Shown: positions 8,942-18,018 of the stretch, piece by piece
Position numbering within the stretch: the stretch's first letter is position 1
Layout: each line of letters opens with the position of its first letter
Origin: Pseudomonadota bacterium
Lineage (GTDB): Bacteria > Bdellovibrionota > FAC87 > UBA2466
Assembly: GCA_043767805.1 (NCBI GenBank)
Contig: JAYUGC010000065.1
Location: 1-35,162 of the forward strand
DNA: 35,162 nt
Direction: 5' to 3'
The notes under the pieces: generated by a model
Database searches by the model: none
Told to the model about the DNA's origin: nothing
What the model saw: only the letters and a program-made list of their open reading frames with translations
Made by a program: the position numbers and the translations under genes

Positions 8942-8970
8942 TTGCTGGACGGGCCCCCATGACATAGATT
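8942..8970 (+). promoter_or_regulatory. Sigma70-type promoter for a leaderless lipoprotein mRNA
   Basis: TTGCTG (8942-8947)-N17-TAGATT (8965-8970)-N6-ATG (8977), with no Shine-Dalgarno. Confidence 0.5.
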
Positions 8971-8976
8971 TCTCTC

Positions 8977-9543
8977 ATGCGCCTAAGTCTTCTCTCGCTT
9001 TTTCTTCTCACGGGGTGCGTCACCGTGCCCCGGAACTGCCAGCCCTTACTGCCGGGAGGCCTCGACGTCTCCTACTTCAGCGGTAAATGCAGAAAACTCA
9101 TCTTTCACGGCGAAGATCGCACCATCTACTGCCGCGAAGAAGCGCTGCTCTACGAGCCGGATAAAACGTCGCGCACTCTCGTTTTTCTTTCCGATAATCC
9201 CCACGAGCTCTTTTCCTTCACGGGCCCGCCGTTCTCCGTGGATCCCAATTCCTTGCGATTCGACGTACATCGCACCATCCGCGCGCCCCGCAAAGCTTTG
9301 GGATCGGACATGGCGGGGGTTCCGGAAAAAGGCGCCTGCGACTTCGTGGTACGAGACTCGAAAACGTATTTAATACGCTGCCAGTCGAGGAACGAAAAAG
9401 GCAAAGAGACCTTGATCGAGTTCGCGACCACCGATACGCGGCCCCTCTGGTGCAAGGAAGACTTCCCGACTGCCAGCCTAAGCCCCCCGCCTCGCTCTCC
9501 GCCCCCCCTCAGGCCCAGCCAAGGAGGCCAGGTATCTCTTTAA
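8977..9543 (+). CDS. Hypothetical lipoprotein
   Basis: 188 aa, lipobox LLTG-C, several Cys. The Pro-rich tail overlaps the convergent GH1 stop by 4 nt. Confidence 0.65.
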   Translation: MRLSLLSLFLLTGCVTVPRNCQPLLPGGLDVSYFSGKCRKLIFHGEDRTIYCREEALLYEPDKTSRTLVFLSDNPHELFSFTGPPFSVDPNSLRFDVHRTIRAPRKALGSDMAGVPEKGACDFVVRDSKTYLIRCQSRNEKGKETLIEFATTDTRPLWCKEDFPTASLSPPPRSPPPLRPSQGGQVSL

Positions 9544-10919
9544 GGAATCTGGGTGGCTTCGAGAAGCGAGAGACTGGGACTCAGTCCAGGCGAGCTTTGG
9601 TGCGCCTTGATCACGTTCTGGTAAACGCCGTAAGAAGGGCGCGGCGTACGGACGAAGGTCTGATAGTCGACGTGAACCAAACCGAAGCGAGGCTCGAAGC
9701 CTTTGATCCATTCGAAGTTATCGATGAGAGACCAGTGGTAATACCCACGAATGTCCGCGCCGGCTGAGCGGGCCCGGGCGATTTCTTTTAGGTGCTCGAC
9801 GAGATAGTGCGACCGGCGAGAGTCCGGCGCATCGGCGATGCCGTTCTCGGTAATGTAGAGCGGAAGCTTGTACCGGCTCAAGAAACGGATCATGCGGCCC
9901 AAGCCGCTGGGATAAATCGCCCACCCCAAGTCGCTCGTCTTGTCCTCGGGCTTTGAGAAAATGACGCCCACGGGAACCCGGCGCGTCCGCACGAACGACG
10001 CTTCCGCCGCTTGCGGTCCCCAGCAAACGTAAACGCGCATGTAGTAATTGATGCCGAGAAAATCGACGGTGGGCCGCCCGCGCGCTTCCCAGACGGGCTT
10101 GGGGTAAGGGACGAGTCCCAGCACGCCGAAATGTTGCTTGCGCCCAGTGACCGCGTCCGGCCAGGCCCGGTTGTAAAAGCGGCGAAACACGCTCGTCATC
10201 GCGCGCTCGATGGGATTACCCGGATGAGCCGCCTGAAAATCGATCATGTTGTGAGCAATGCCCACCTGGCGCGGCCAATCTTTCCAGGGACCCGTGCGAA
10301 GCACCGTGGACTTATGAATGCGATCGTAGGCAAGCACGTGCGCGCGGAGCAAGTTTCTCGACGTCAAAGCGCACTTCAACGGGTCGTACTCGGCGGGAGG
10401 CATGAAGCCCCCCAAGTACTGCCCCACCGCCATGCCGTTCGGCTCGTTCAACGTGCACCAGAGCGGAATGCGCCCGCCGATTTCTTTGAGCACGAAACGG
10501 GTGAAGCCCGCGAACTTATCGGGCGCCTGCTCCCAGGTGAACCCACCTTTTTCGGAAAGCCAGCGCGGAACCGTGAAGTGAAGGAGCGTCGCCATGGGCG
10601 CGAGCTTTCGCTTTTCACACTCGTTAATTAGCTCTCGGTACCACTCCATGGCCTCTTGGTTCCAAGCCCCCTGCTCGGGCTCCAAGCGAGACCATTCGAT
10701 GGAGAAACGATAACTGTTCAGGCCTAAGTCTTGGGCGAGGCGCAAGTCTTCCTCGTACCGATTCCAATGATCGGTAGCGGCGCCCGAGTGCGCGCCGCCT
10801 TCGATATTTCCTTGCTGCTCCCAATGCCACCAGTCGTTGTGGACATTGCCGCCTTCGATTTGATGACTGCTCGTAGCCGCGCCCCACAGAAAGGGAGCCG
10901 AGCCGGAAAATTCGGTCAC
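9540..10919 (-). CDS. Glycoside hydrolase family 1 (beta-glucosidase)
   Basis: FLWGAATSSHQIEG, YRFSIEWSRLEP, TLNEP (acid/base Glu), YITENG (nucleophile Glu), WSLIDNFEW, RFGL. GTG start overlaps the upstream stop. Confidence 0.95.
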   Translation of the reverse strand: MTEFSGSAPFLWGAATSSHQIEGGNVHNDWWHWEQQGNIEGGAHSGAATDHWNRYEEDLRLAQDLGLNSYRFSIEWSRLEPEQGAWNQEAMEWYRELINECEKRKLAPMATLLHFTVPRWLSEKGGFTWEQAPDKFAGFTRFVLKEIGGRIPLWCTLNEPNGMAVGQYLGGFMPPAEYDPLKCALTSRNLLRAHVLAYDRIHKSTVLRTGPWKDWPRQVGIAHNMIDFQAAHPGNPIERAMTSVFRRFYNRAWPDAVTGRKQHFGVLGLVPYPKPVWEARGRPTVDFLGINYYMRVYVCWGPQAAEASFVRTRRVPVGVIFSKPEDKTSDLGWAIYPSGLGRMIRFLSRYKLPLYITENGIADAPDSRRSHYLVEHLKEIARARSAGADIRGYYHWSLIDNFEWIKGFEPRFGLVHVDYQTFVRTPRPSYGVYQNVIKAHQSSPGLSPSLSLLEATQIP

Positions 10920-12061
10920 GCCAGAACGCCCCCAGGCAAAATCCTCAAGCGGCTCCCGCGCCAGTGAATGCGGTTACCGACGGCGATGTGGCACCAGAGG
11001 GGAAAAGCCAAAATTTCGCGTGCCGCCCAGCCAATCAAAGTCTGAAGAGTCGGGCGTACGTCGAGCGTCCCCAGCAAACAAAGATCCGCGGTCAGCCAAA
11101 CCAAGAGATGGGCCGAGAAAAAAGCCCAGGAGGAAACACCCTTCCATTCGTGGAGCGCGAAGGCGCCGATAAGACCCGAGAGCACCGCGCCGAACGCGGG
11201 CTCCAATAAGAACGCCCACGGCGCTTGCGCCTTGCGGATGCGTCCCCAGCGGATGTGCCGCGACCAGAAATCCTTGATGCCGTACACGCCGATGTGCTGG
11301 TGAATGGGATCGGAAGCGATCTCCACTTTGAGGCCCAATTTTTGAACGGCTTTTCCCGCCATGTAATCTTCGGCGACATAACGGCCGAGAGCGCGGATAC
11401 CGCCGATGCGATCGAACGTCCGGCGCCGAAAGAGCATGGACTTACCGACGACACAGGGATGGCCCGCCGCACTGGAGAGATGCATCCACCGGGTGTAAAA
11501 GCTATTCAAGTAAGCCGCTTCCAAGGTCCCGCCCACCCCTTTCGGCCCGTGCCCCGCCACGATGGCGGTCACGATACCGACATCGCTCCGCAGAAAGGGA
11601 ACGATCCGCCGCAAATAATCCGGCGCCACGCGCACATTGCTATCGCTAATGAGCCTCACGTCGTGCGCCGCCTCGTCGTAAGAAATCACCAAGTTGTTCA
11701 CCTTGGGATTTTGTCCGACGGCGACGCTACCCACGATGAGCCGCGCCTTTACCTTAGGGTACTCGGCCATGACCTGCTTTACTACCCGAACGGCGGGATC
11801 CTCGCCGTCACTGACGGAAAACAGGATCTCGTACTCGGGATAGTCGAGCTTGAAGAAGGATCGGATATTGGCCTCGAAGCCCTCGTCCTTGCCCTTAAAG
11901 GGTTTCAAAATCGAGACCGGCGGCGCGGGATCGGGTAAAGGCAGCACGCGCCAGGAGCGAAGAATGGCATACCACGTTCCCCACAGGGTGCTTCCGAGAG
12001 CGAAAGCCCACGTCAGAAGTGCGAGAGCGATGAGAGGACCAGCCGTATCGTCTAGCCACAC
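10916..12061 (-). CDS. Ceramide glucosyltransferase-like glycosyltransferase (GT21/GT2, HpnI-related)
   Basis: N-terminal TM helix, VSILKPFKGKD, NPKVNNL, ISDSN, CVVGKSMLFRR, AEDY, RHIRW ((Q/R)xxRW motif), C-terminal TM helices and IHWRG. Confidence 0.9.
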   Translation of the reverse strand: MWLDDTAGPLIALALLTWAFALGSTLWGTWYAILRSWRVLPLPDPAPPVSILKPFKGKDEGFEANIRSFFKLDYPEYEILFSVSDGEDPAVRVVKQVMAEYPKVKARLIVGSVAVGQNPKVNNLVISYDEAAHDVRLISDSNVRVAPDYLRRIVPFLRSDVGIVTAIVAGHGPKGVGGTLEAAYLNSFYTRWMHLSSAAGHPCVVGKSMLFRRRTFDRIGGIRALGRYVAEDYMAGKAVQKLGLKVEIASDPIHQHIGVYGIKDFWSRHIRWGRIRKAQAPWAFLLEPAFGAVLSGLIGAFALHEWKGVSSWAFFSAHLLVWLTADLCLLGTLDVRPTLQTLIGWAAREILAFPLWCHIAVGNRIHWRGSRLRILPGGVLA

Positions 12062-12124
12062 AACCCAATTATCCCGCCCCCCAATTAAGGTTGGGCAAAG
12101 AGACCTTCAGTTTTGCATGAAGGC

Positions 12125-12514
12125 TTAAGCGCGCGCGGCGCAGTGCTTGGCTAAAGTCGCCAAAAGCTCGTCCACATCGATGGGCTTACGCACCAGATCA
12201 ACGTTCGCCATGGCTTGCGAGTGATACGTAGAGCTTCCATTGGCTGTGGCCACCACGACCGGGATGTCTTTCAGCTTAGGCTCGGCGAGCTGATGACGTC
12301 GGAACTCCCAGCCATCCATGATGGGCATCATCAGATCGAGCAGAATGACACTGGGGAGCGGCGTGCCGCTCTGAAATCCGTCAAGCGCCTCGCGTCCGTT
12401 ACCGAAGGCGCGAACCTGATAGCCCTCCATTTCGAGCAGCTCGATGGTTACATCGCGGATGTCTTTATCATCTTCGACGATCCAGATAAGCTCACCTTTG
12501 CCTCCTGGAGTCAT
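12125..12514 (-). CDS. Single-domain response regulator (CheY-like receiver)
   Basis: IVEDD, LLDLMMPIMDG, VATA, RKP. Coupled to the kinase by an ATGA overlap. Confidence 0.92.
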   Translation of the reverse strand: MTPGGKGELIWIVEDDKDIRDVTIELLEMEGYQVRAFGNGREALDGFQSGTPLPSVILLDLMMPIMDGWEFRRHQLAEPKLKDIPVVVATANGSSTYHSQAMANVDLVRKPIDVDELLATLAKHCAARA

Positions 12515-14685
12515 AGGCCACCTCGTGGAAGAGTGAGAGTGAAGGTCGAGCCTTCCTCGGGACGGCTGATCAAACTGACCGAGCCATGATGGGCCTCGGC
12601 GATTTGCCGCACGATATAGAGACCGAGACCCATGCCACTCGGTTTTCCGCGGGACGAGCCGCGTTCGAACCGGTCGAAAATTCTTATCTGATCGCTTTCG
12701 CTGATGCCCTTGCCCGTGTCGGATACGACGAGAATCACCGTCGTCTCATCGCCTGAAATCGAGAGACGAATGGGCTTGCCGGGCGCGTACTTGATGGCGT
12801 TCGAAAGGAGATTGGTGAGGGCTTGCTCCACTCGCAGCTCGTCCCAAACGCCTTTGCCATCGCCTTTCTCGATCAGTTCTATCGACGAGCCCACCGCCTG
12901 GGCTTCATCGGCGAAGCGCAGCGCGAGCTCCTGGCAAAGCACCGTGAGGTCCATGGGCTTTGGCTGGACGGAAAGCTTGCCGTGAACGAGACGGGAGACG
13001 TCGAAAAGCATGTCGACCAAGCCACCTAGGCGTTTTGCCTGCTTTCCCGCCGCCAGGATCCGATCGAGATAAGCCTTCAAAATGGGATGAGCGGGCGCCT
13101 CACGCGTGAGCGATCGCCCGAGCATCTGAAGATTTAGCGACAAGGAAGTCAAAGGCGTTCGCAGCTCGTGGGAGGCAATGGAGAGAAACTCGTCCCGGAC
13201 GCGAATGGCGCCCTGGGCGTCTTCGAAGAGCCGTGCGTTGTCCATGGCGATGCCGGCCCGCCGCCCCAGCTCCTCGGCGACTTCGAAATCTTGCCGCGTA
13301 TAATGGCGCTTGGATTCCGCAAAGGCGAAGGTGAGCGCCCCGAGCACGCGGCCGCGAGCGGAGAGAGGAACGATCATGAGCGACTGCAAACCGAGCTGGC
13401 GAAGGTGCTCTAGATGCGCCTCGTTTTGCGCGGCCTCTCGCAAAACTTCGTCCGTGACGTTTTCCAAATAGAAGGCAGCTCCCGTTCGTCCCACTTCGGC
13501 CGCGCCGTATTTCGAGATCGACTTGCCTGGATAGAGCTCGTTCAGCTGATACGCCCATTCCACTTTCGAAGGATCGGTATGCACCACCGAGAGGCGCTCG
13601 ATCTGCCCTTCCGGCCCGAAAAGATCGACCGCGCACCAGTCGGCGAACTCCGGGACGGAGAGGCGCGCGACGGTGGACAAAGTGAGTTTGAAATCGAGAG
13701 ACGAGACGAGGGCTTTACTCGACTCGGCGAGAAAGAGATTCATCTCCTGAGACGTCTTCTGATCGTGAATGTCGGTGGCCGTCCCCACCCATCCTTGGAT
13801 CGCGCCCTCGGCGCTGCGCACGGGGACCGCGCGGCCGAGGTGCCAGCGGTAAGCGCCATCGTGACGGCGGATGCGGTACTCCGCTTCGAAAACCGAGCCG
13901 CCGGAAATAGAGCTCGCCCAGCAGGCGTTCATGGCCGGCAAATCTTCCGCGTGAATGGCCTGAGTCCAACCGTCCCCGCTCCTCTCGCCGAAGGTGCAGC
14001 CGGAATAATCCAGGCACCGGCGATTGGCGTAATCCGTACTGCCGTCCAATTTGGTGGTCCAAACGAGCTGAGGCATGGCCTCGGCCAAAGTTCGAAACCG
14101 GGTTTCCCGGCCTTTATACCCTTCCATTTTCTCGACTTGCACCAGGGCATCGAGTCCGGGCCCCAGAAGAATGGCGATCGCTTCGAGATCCTGTAGCTCC
14201 GTCAGGCTTTTCGACGTGGCTTCTCCGCCGAGAAAGGCCACGCCAAAGCATCGCCCTCGGCTGAGCAAAGGAACCCCGCAGAGCGCCCCAAGTCCCGCGA
14301 CTTCCGAAAAGTCGAAGGATTGGAGTTTGGGAGGCCAAGCGACCTCGGGCGGACAGCGATACGAAAGGGTGTCCGCGAGCTCATCTCGGAGAGAATTGGG
14401 AATGGCCTTCGAGCCAATGAAACGGCTTAGGGAGAGGCTGCCCTCGGGGAGCCAAAGAGCCGCAAATCCGCCAAACTTTCGCTCCAGCCAGTTGACCACT
14501 TGGGCGCCTGAGCCCGCCAGAGTTTCGCTGGGCTGGGACAGGATTTCGGAAACCTCTGAAATCAAAACGGAAACAGGACCACACGATGCGTCATACCCTC
14601 GTTTGAGTTCCGGCTTCAGGAGATCCATCAGTGTTTTGATACTAGGTGGTTCTATTACGGTCCCGCTTCGGGCCAGTTTCGTCAA
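12511..14685 (-). CDS. Cytoplasmic PAS/GAF sensor histidine kinase
   Basis: PAS/PAC (FRTLAEAMPQLVW...DGAYRWHLGRA...GTATDIHD), GAF (VPEFADWC...VPLSARGRVLG), H-box SHELRTPL, N-box NLLSNAIKY, DTGKGI, GMGLGL. The start codon is uncertain. Confidence 0.92.
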   Translation of the reverse strand: MTKLARSGTVIEPPSIKTLMDLLKPELKRGYDASCGPVSVLISEVSEILSQPSETLAGSGAQVVNWLERKFGGFAALWLPEGSLSLSRFIGSKAIPNSLRDELADTLSYRCPPEVAWPPKLQSFDFSEVAGLGALCGVPLLSRGRCFGVAFLGGEATSKSLTELQDLEAIAILLGPGLDALVQVEKMEGYKGRETRFRTLAEAMPQLVWTTKLDGSTDYANRRCLDYSGCTFGERSGDGWTQAIHAEDLPAMNACWASSISGGSVFEAEYRIRRHDGAYRWHLGRAVPVRSAEGAIQGWVGTATDIHDQKTSQEMNLFLAESSKALVSSLDFKLTLSTVARLSVPEFADWCAVDLFGPEGQIERLSVVHTDPSKVEWAYQLNELYPGKSISKYGAAEVGRTGAAFYLENVTDEVLREAAQNEAHLEHLRQLGLQSLMIVPLSARGRVLGALTFAFAESKRHYTRQDFEVAEELGRRAGIAMDNARLFEDAQGAIRVRDEFLSIASHELRTPLTSLSLNLQMLGRSLTREAPAHPILKAYLDRILAAGKQAKRLGGLVDMLFDVSRLVHGKLSVQPKPMDLTVLCQELALRFADEAQAVGSSIELIEKGDGKGVWDELRVEQALTNLLSNAIKYAPGKPIRLSISGDETTVILVVSDTGKGISESDQIRIFDRFERGSSRGKPSGMGLGLYIVRQIAEAHHGSVSLISRPEEGSTFTLTLPRGGL

Positions 14686-14794
14686 GGGCGCTTGAATGCT
14701 GGACTTTTCGACCCTTCATCCGCTATGACTCACTCCAACCTTCACGTGCGGGAGCCCCCTTTTGGGCCCCGGCACTGAAGCGGAGGCCCAAACC

Positions 14795-15172
14795 GTGAAC
14801 GTCCTTCTAGTCGACGATGACATCTCGATGCTCCGGATCTTCGAGGAGCTCCTCAAAGAAGAAGGCCATCAGGTGATGACCGCCCTTTCGGGCGAGGACG
14901 CTTTCCCCATTCTAAAACAAAATGGGCCGCCTGACCTACTTCTCGTGGACTCTTCCATGCCGCGCATGTCCGGCTCGGAATTTTTGACCAAAGTGAAAGC
15001 GGACTTCCCCGAAGTGTTCGAGAAGTCCCGAATCGTCGGCTTCACCGCGTTTCAAAAGGGCGCCTCCGTCATCCGCGATTTCGAAGCCCAGGTCCACGAG
15101 CTGGTGGAGAAGCCCCGGGACATCGACGAGTTCTTGAATTTCATCCGTGGCCTTTCCAGCCACCGTCCGTGA
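14795..15172 (+). CDS. Single-domain response regulator
   Basis: GTG 14795 after GGAGG. VLLVDDD, LLVDSSMP, FTA, EKP. 125 aa. Confidence 0.88.
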   Translation: MNVLLVDDDISMLRIFEELLKEEGHQVMTALSGEDAFPILKQNGPPDLLLVDSSMPRMSGSEFLTKVKADFPEVFEKSRIVGFTAFQKGASVIRDFEAQVHELVEKPRDIDEFLNFIRGLSSHRP

Positions 15173-17235
15173 AAAGACTCATCCGTATTCCCAAGCAGGC
15201 CTGGCGCTCGGTGAGCTCAGCCCTCAATCGCCGAAGCGATCTGTCGTCGGTCGTGAGCCAGGCCAACCCCAACGCGTCCCTATCCGAGCGAGTGCGCTGG
15301 ATGGAAACGCTGATGGATTGGATCGGTTACACATCCCAGCTCAGTCATGACTTCGACGTCACCACCGGCCAGCTCCATTGGGTGCGCATCCGCTTTCTTT
15401 TGCAATTCCTAAATCGCAATCCCGAGTGGCAATTGAAAGTAAGACTCACGCTCCGCTCGGTGCTCGATCAAGTCTCCGGAGTCGAGCTCTTCTCCCGGAC
15501 CGGTCTCACCCAGGATCGGGCGCTGGTTTCCGAGCTCGTCGATCGCCTGCTTAAAAAAATTCTGCCCGCGCCGCCTCAGGAACGAAACCTCGACGATCTG
15601 TTTCCCAGACTCTTTCGTTCTTTCAACGACGCGGTTTGGGTCGAGCACCTTCCCGAGGACGTCTTTACGGGCCTCGTCTCTCTCATCGACGTCGAAAAGC
15701 GCCGCAAGGAAACTCCGGGAGTCCGCCAGTCCATGGCGGATGCTCTCGTCGTGCTCGGATCGGAGGTCGCGGCCCGCGGCATTTCCCCCGAGATGCGAAC
15801 GCGCCTGCCTTTTCCGTCCATCCGGCACTCGCCGTTCTTGCAGCTGAGAAAGCACCTCGATTTGATCGTCCTGGGCGTGCTCGAGGGCAAGAAGCTGAGG
15901 CCGGGGAGCTGTAAGGAAGACATCGACAGCTGCTTTGGCGCCGTCGAGCGTATTTTTCATCAGCTGGACAAGGAAGGCGTTAGCGTTGGTCTCGTCTATA
16001 ATCTCGAGGCGCAGAAGGCGGCCTTGAAGCGAATCGTGACTCTGCTCGACCTCCTCGACCGCGAGGATGCCCTTACCGATCACAAAGTCATCACTGGGTT
16101 CTGGGCCGATATGATCCGCGAAAGCCTGAGGGCCCGCCACATCCGGCCGCTCCTCAGCAGCAATTTAAAGCTACTGTCCCAAAAAATCGTCGAGAGAGCC
16201 GGAGCGTCGGGAGAGCACTACATCTGCCGGACGCGGGAAGAGTATCGCCAGATCGTGCGCGCGGGGCTCGGCGGCGGCTTTCTCACCGTCTTCACCACGC
16301 TATTTAAGTTCATCATCACGGGGCTGCATCTGCCGCTCTTCTTCGAAGGGTTGTTCGCCTCGCTCAATTACGCGGGCAGTTTTGGGCTCATGCAGGTCGC
16401 GCACTTTAGTCTCGCGACCAAGCAACCCGCGATGACCGGGCCCGCGCTCGCCGGAAAGCTCCGGGAGCTGAAAGGCGCGCGCGACATCCGCGAGTTCGTG
16501 GACGAAGTCGCGCGCCTCACGCGGTCGCAGTTCGGCGCGGCGTTTGGCAACGTGGCCGCCGCCCTGCCAGGCGCCGTCCTGCTGGATCTCCTCTATTTTT
16601 CCTTAAAAGGCTCCCACCTTCTCGGCGCGGAAAAAGCCCTTCACTCCCTGGACAGCCTTAGCCCTTTCACTACGCTGACCATTCCATTTGCCGCCTGGAC
16701 CGGCATCGTTCTTTGGTCGGCAGGACTCGCCGCCGGCTGGGTGGAGAACTGGGTCGTCTACCGCCAGCTTCCGGAGGCCATCGCCCAGCACCGCTTCCTA
16801 CTCCCCGCCTTCGGGGAACGGCGCGTGCGCCGGCTGTCGGAATGGTTTGCTCATAACGTCGGGGGCCTGGCGAGCTGCGTCTGGCTCGGCGTTTTCCTCG
16901 GATTTACTCCGGTGGTGGGCGCCTTCTTCGGCTTTCCGTTCGAAGTCCGGCACGTGACGTTATCGTCGGCCGGCGTCGGCTTTGGCATCGCGGCGCTCTT
17001 CGGGCCGAATTTTCCTTACCTCACGCTCGGCGTGGCGCTCTTCGGCCTCGGCGTCATTTTGACGTTGAACCTCGGCGTGAGCCTAACCTTGGCCTTCACC
17101 CTCGCGTGCCGCGCGCGCGATGTGCGCACCCGCTCGATTTGGTTGCTCGTCCGCTCCACCACGACGGAGCTGAGAAAGCGGCCGATGTACTTCCTCTTCT
17201 CCCCGCGCCGGCGGCACGCGGCCCCCGAAGCCTAA
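15169..17235 (+). CDS. Gcr-family membrane protein (usually annotated 'site-specific recombinase')
   Basis: 688 aa. GEHYI...R, GGGFLT, SLNYAGSF, HFSLATKQPAMT, WVENW, EVRHVTLSS and LNLGVS are typical of this family. The C-terminal half is multi-TM. GTGA overlap with the receiver gene. Confidence 0.85.
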   Translation: MKRLIRIPKQAWRSVSSALNRRSDLSSVVSQANPNASLSERVRWMETLMDWIGYTSQLSHDFDVTTGQLHWVRIRFLLQFLNRNPEWQLKVRLTLRSVLDQVSGVELFSRTGLTQDRALVSELVDRLLKKILPAPPQERNLDDLFPRLFRSFNDAVWVEHLPEDVFTGLVSLIDVEKRRKETPGVRQSMADALVVLGSEVAARGISPEMRTRLPFPSIRHSPFLQLRKHLDLIVLGVLEGKKLRPGSCKEDIDSCFGAVERIFHQLDKEGVSVGLVYNLEAQKAALKRIVTLLDLLDREDALTDHKVITGFWADMIRESLRARHIRPLLSSNLKLLSQKIVERAGASGEHYICRTREEYRQIVRAGLGGGFLTVFTTLFKFIITGLHLPLFFEGLFASLNYAGSFGLMQVAHFSLATKQPAMTGPALAGKLRELKGARDIREFVDEVARLTRSQFGAAFGNVAAALPGAVLLDLLYFSLKGSHLLGAEKALHSLDSLSPFTTLTIPFAAWTGIVLWSAGLAAGWVENWVVYRQLPEAIAQHRFLLPAFGERRVRRLSEWFAHNVGGLASCVWLGVFLGFTPVVGAFFGFPFEVRHVTLSSAGVGFGIAALFGPNFPYLTLGVALFGLGVILTLNLGVSLTLAFTLACRARDVRTRSIWLLVRSTTTELRKRPMYFLFSPRRRHAAPEA

Positions 17236-17669
17236 GCCGCTTGCGAGACTATTTTGGCCTTCTCGGGAGACGCGAGAGGCGCCAAAGCTTGCAGCTCCTC
17301 GGTGAGTAACTGAAAGAGATCTCCGAAGGAGACCAGTCCCACCGCGAAGCCGTTCTCATCGACTACGGGCACGCGGCGCACTTCGGCCCGATTCATAATC
17401 TGCAACACTTCGTAGATCCCGTCATTGATACCGACGGTTTCCACCGAGCTCGACATGATGTCTTTCACCGGCGACTTCTCGCAGTTGCGTCCGCTGGCGA
17501 CGCAGCCCAGAACGATATCTCGATCGGTGACGATGCCCGTGGGACGCCCGTCCTCGACGATAAGCACCGCGCCCACGTTCTCTTCTTCCATTATCTCGGC
17601 CACTTCCTGCACGCTAGTGTCCTCGGAACAGGCGACGAGCTTTTGTTTCAAAAGAGTTCTCATAGCCAT
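17232..17669 (-). CDS. CBS domain pair protein
   Basis: ATG 17669 after AAGGAGG. GAVLIVEDGRPTGIVTDRDIV and VRRVPVVDENG...GLVSFGDL. 145 aa. Confidence 0.92.
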   Translation of the reverse strand: MAMRTLLKQKLVACSEDTSVQEVAEIMEEENVGAVLIVEDGRPTGIVTDRDIVLGCVASGRNCEKSPVKDIMSSSVETVGINDGIYEVLQIMNRAEVRRVPVVDENGFAVGLVSFGDLFQLLTEELQALAPLASPEKAKIVSQAA

Positions 17670-17709
17670 GCCAGCCTCCTTTTTATTTCCCGATTGTGGT
17701 TTAGGGACG

Positions 17710-17725
17710 TGCAACTTCCATTCCG
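17710..17725 (-). promoter_or_regulatory. Possible sigma54 promoter for the CBS gene
   Basis: Minus strand CGGAAT-GGAAG-TTGCA has GG-N10-GC spacing and lies about 40 nt upstream of the start codon. Confidence 0.35.
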
Positions 17726-18018
17726 GGACAAAATGTGCGGCTGGGGTCGCTAAGATTCCGCCCGGAAAATTGACTGGCTCTGACCCCGAGGTGTACGAAG
17801 AAATTCTCACATGAGACGCGCTCGTGTCCTGTTAGTCGAAGATAATCTCGCGGACCAAAGACTGACGACCTACTGGTTCCAGGCTGCCGCCCTCGCTCAC
17901 TAATTTGTGGCGTCCTCACAGAGTCTTCACTCGGCCTAGTTACAGTTTTATGGACGCAAAGGCAGCCTGCGTATCCGCTGCTTCGAGCAGGCATTCCGTT
18001 TGCAAACTTTGTGAGGCG

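Noticed and set aside
15169..17235. Mobile element or integrase implied by the 'site-specific recombinase' family name
   Set aside because: It is a polytopic membrane protein with no recombinase catalytic motifs, att-like repeats or cargo boundaries.
17930..17985. GGACGCAAAG resembling a c-di-GMP-I riboswitch core
   Set aside because: There is no upstream GGCAAA/GNRA P2 stem, and the remaining elements are not in the right order.
17989..18004. AGGCAT-TCCGT-TTGCA sigma54-like site before 18019
   Set aside because: The spacing is correct, but the implied TSS would fall about 4 nt before the ATG, inside the apparent RBS. Too ambiguous to call.
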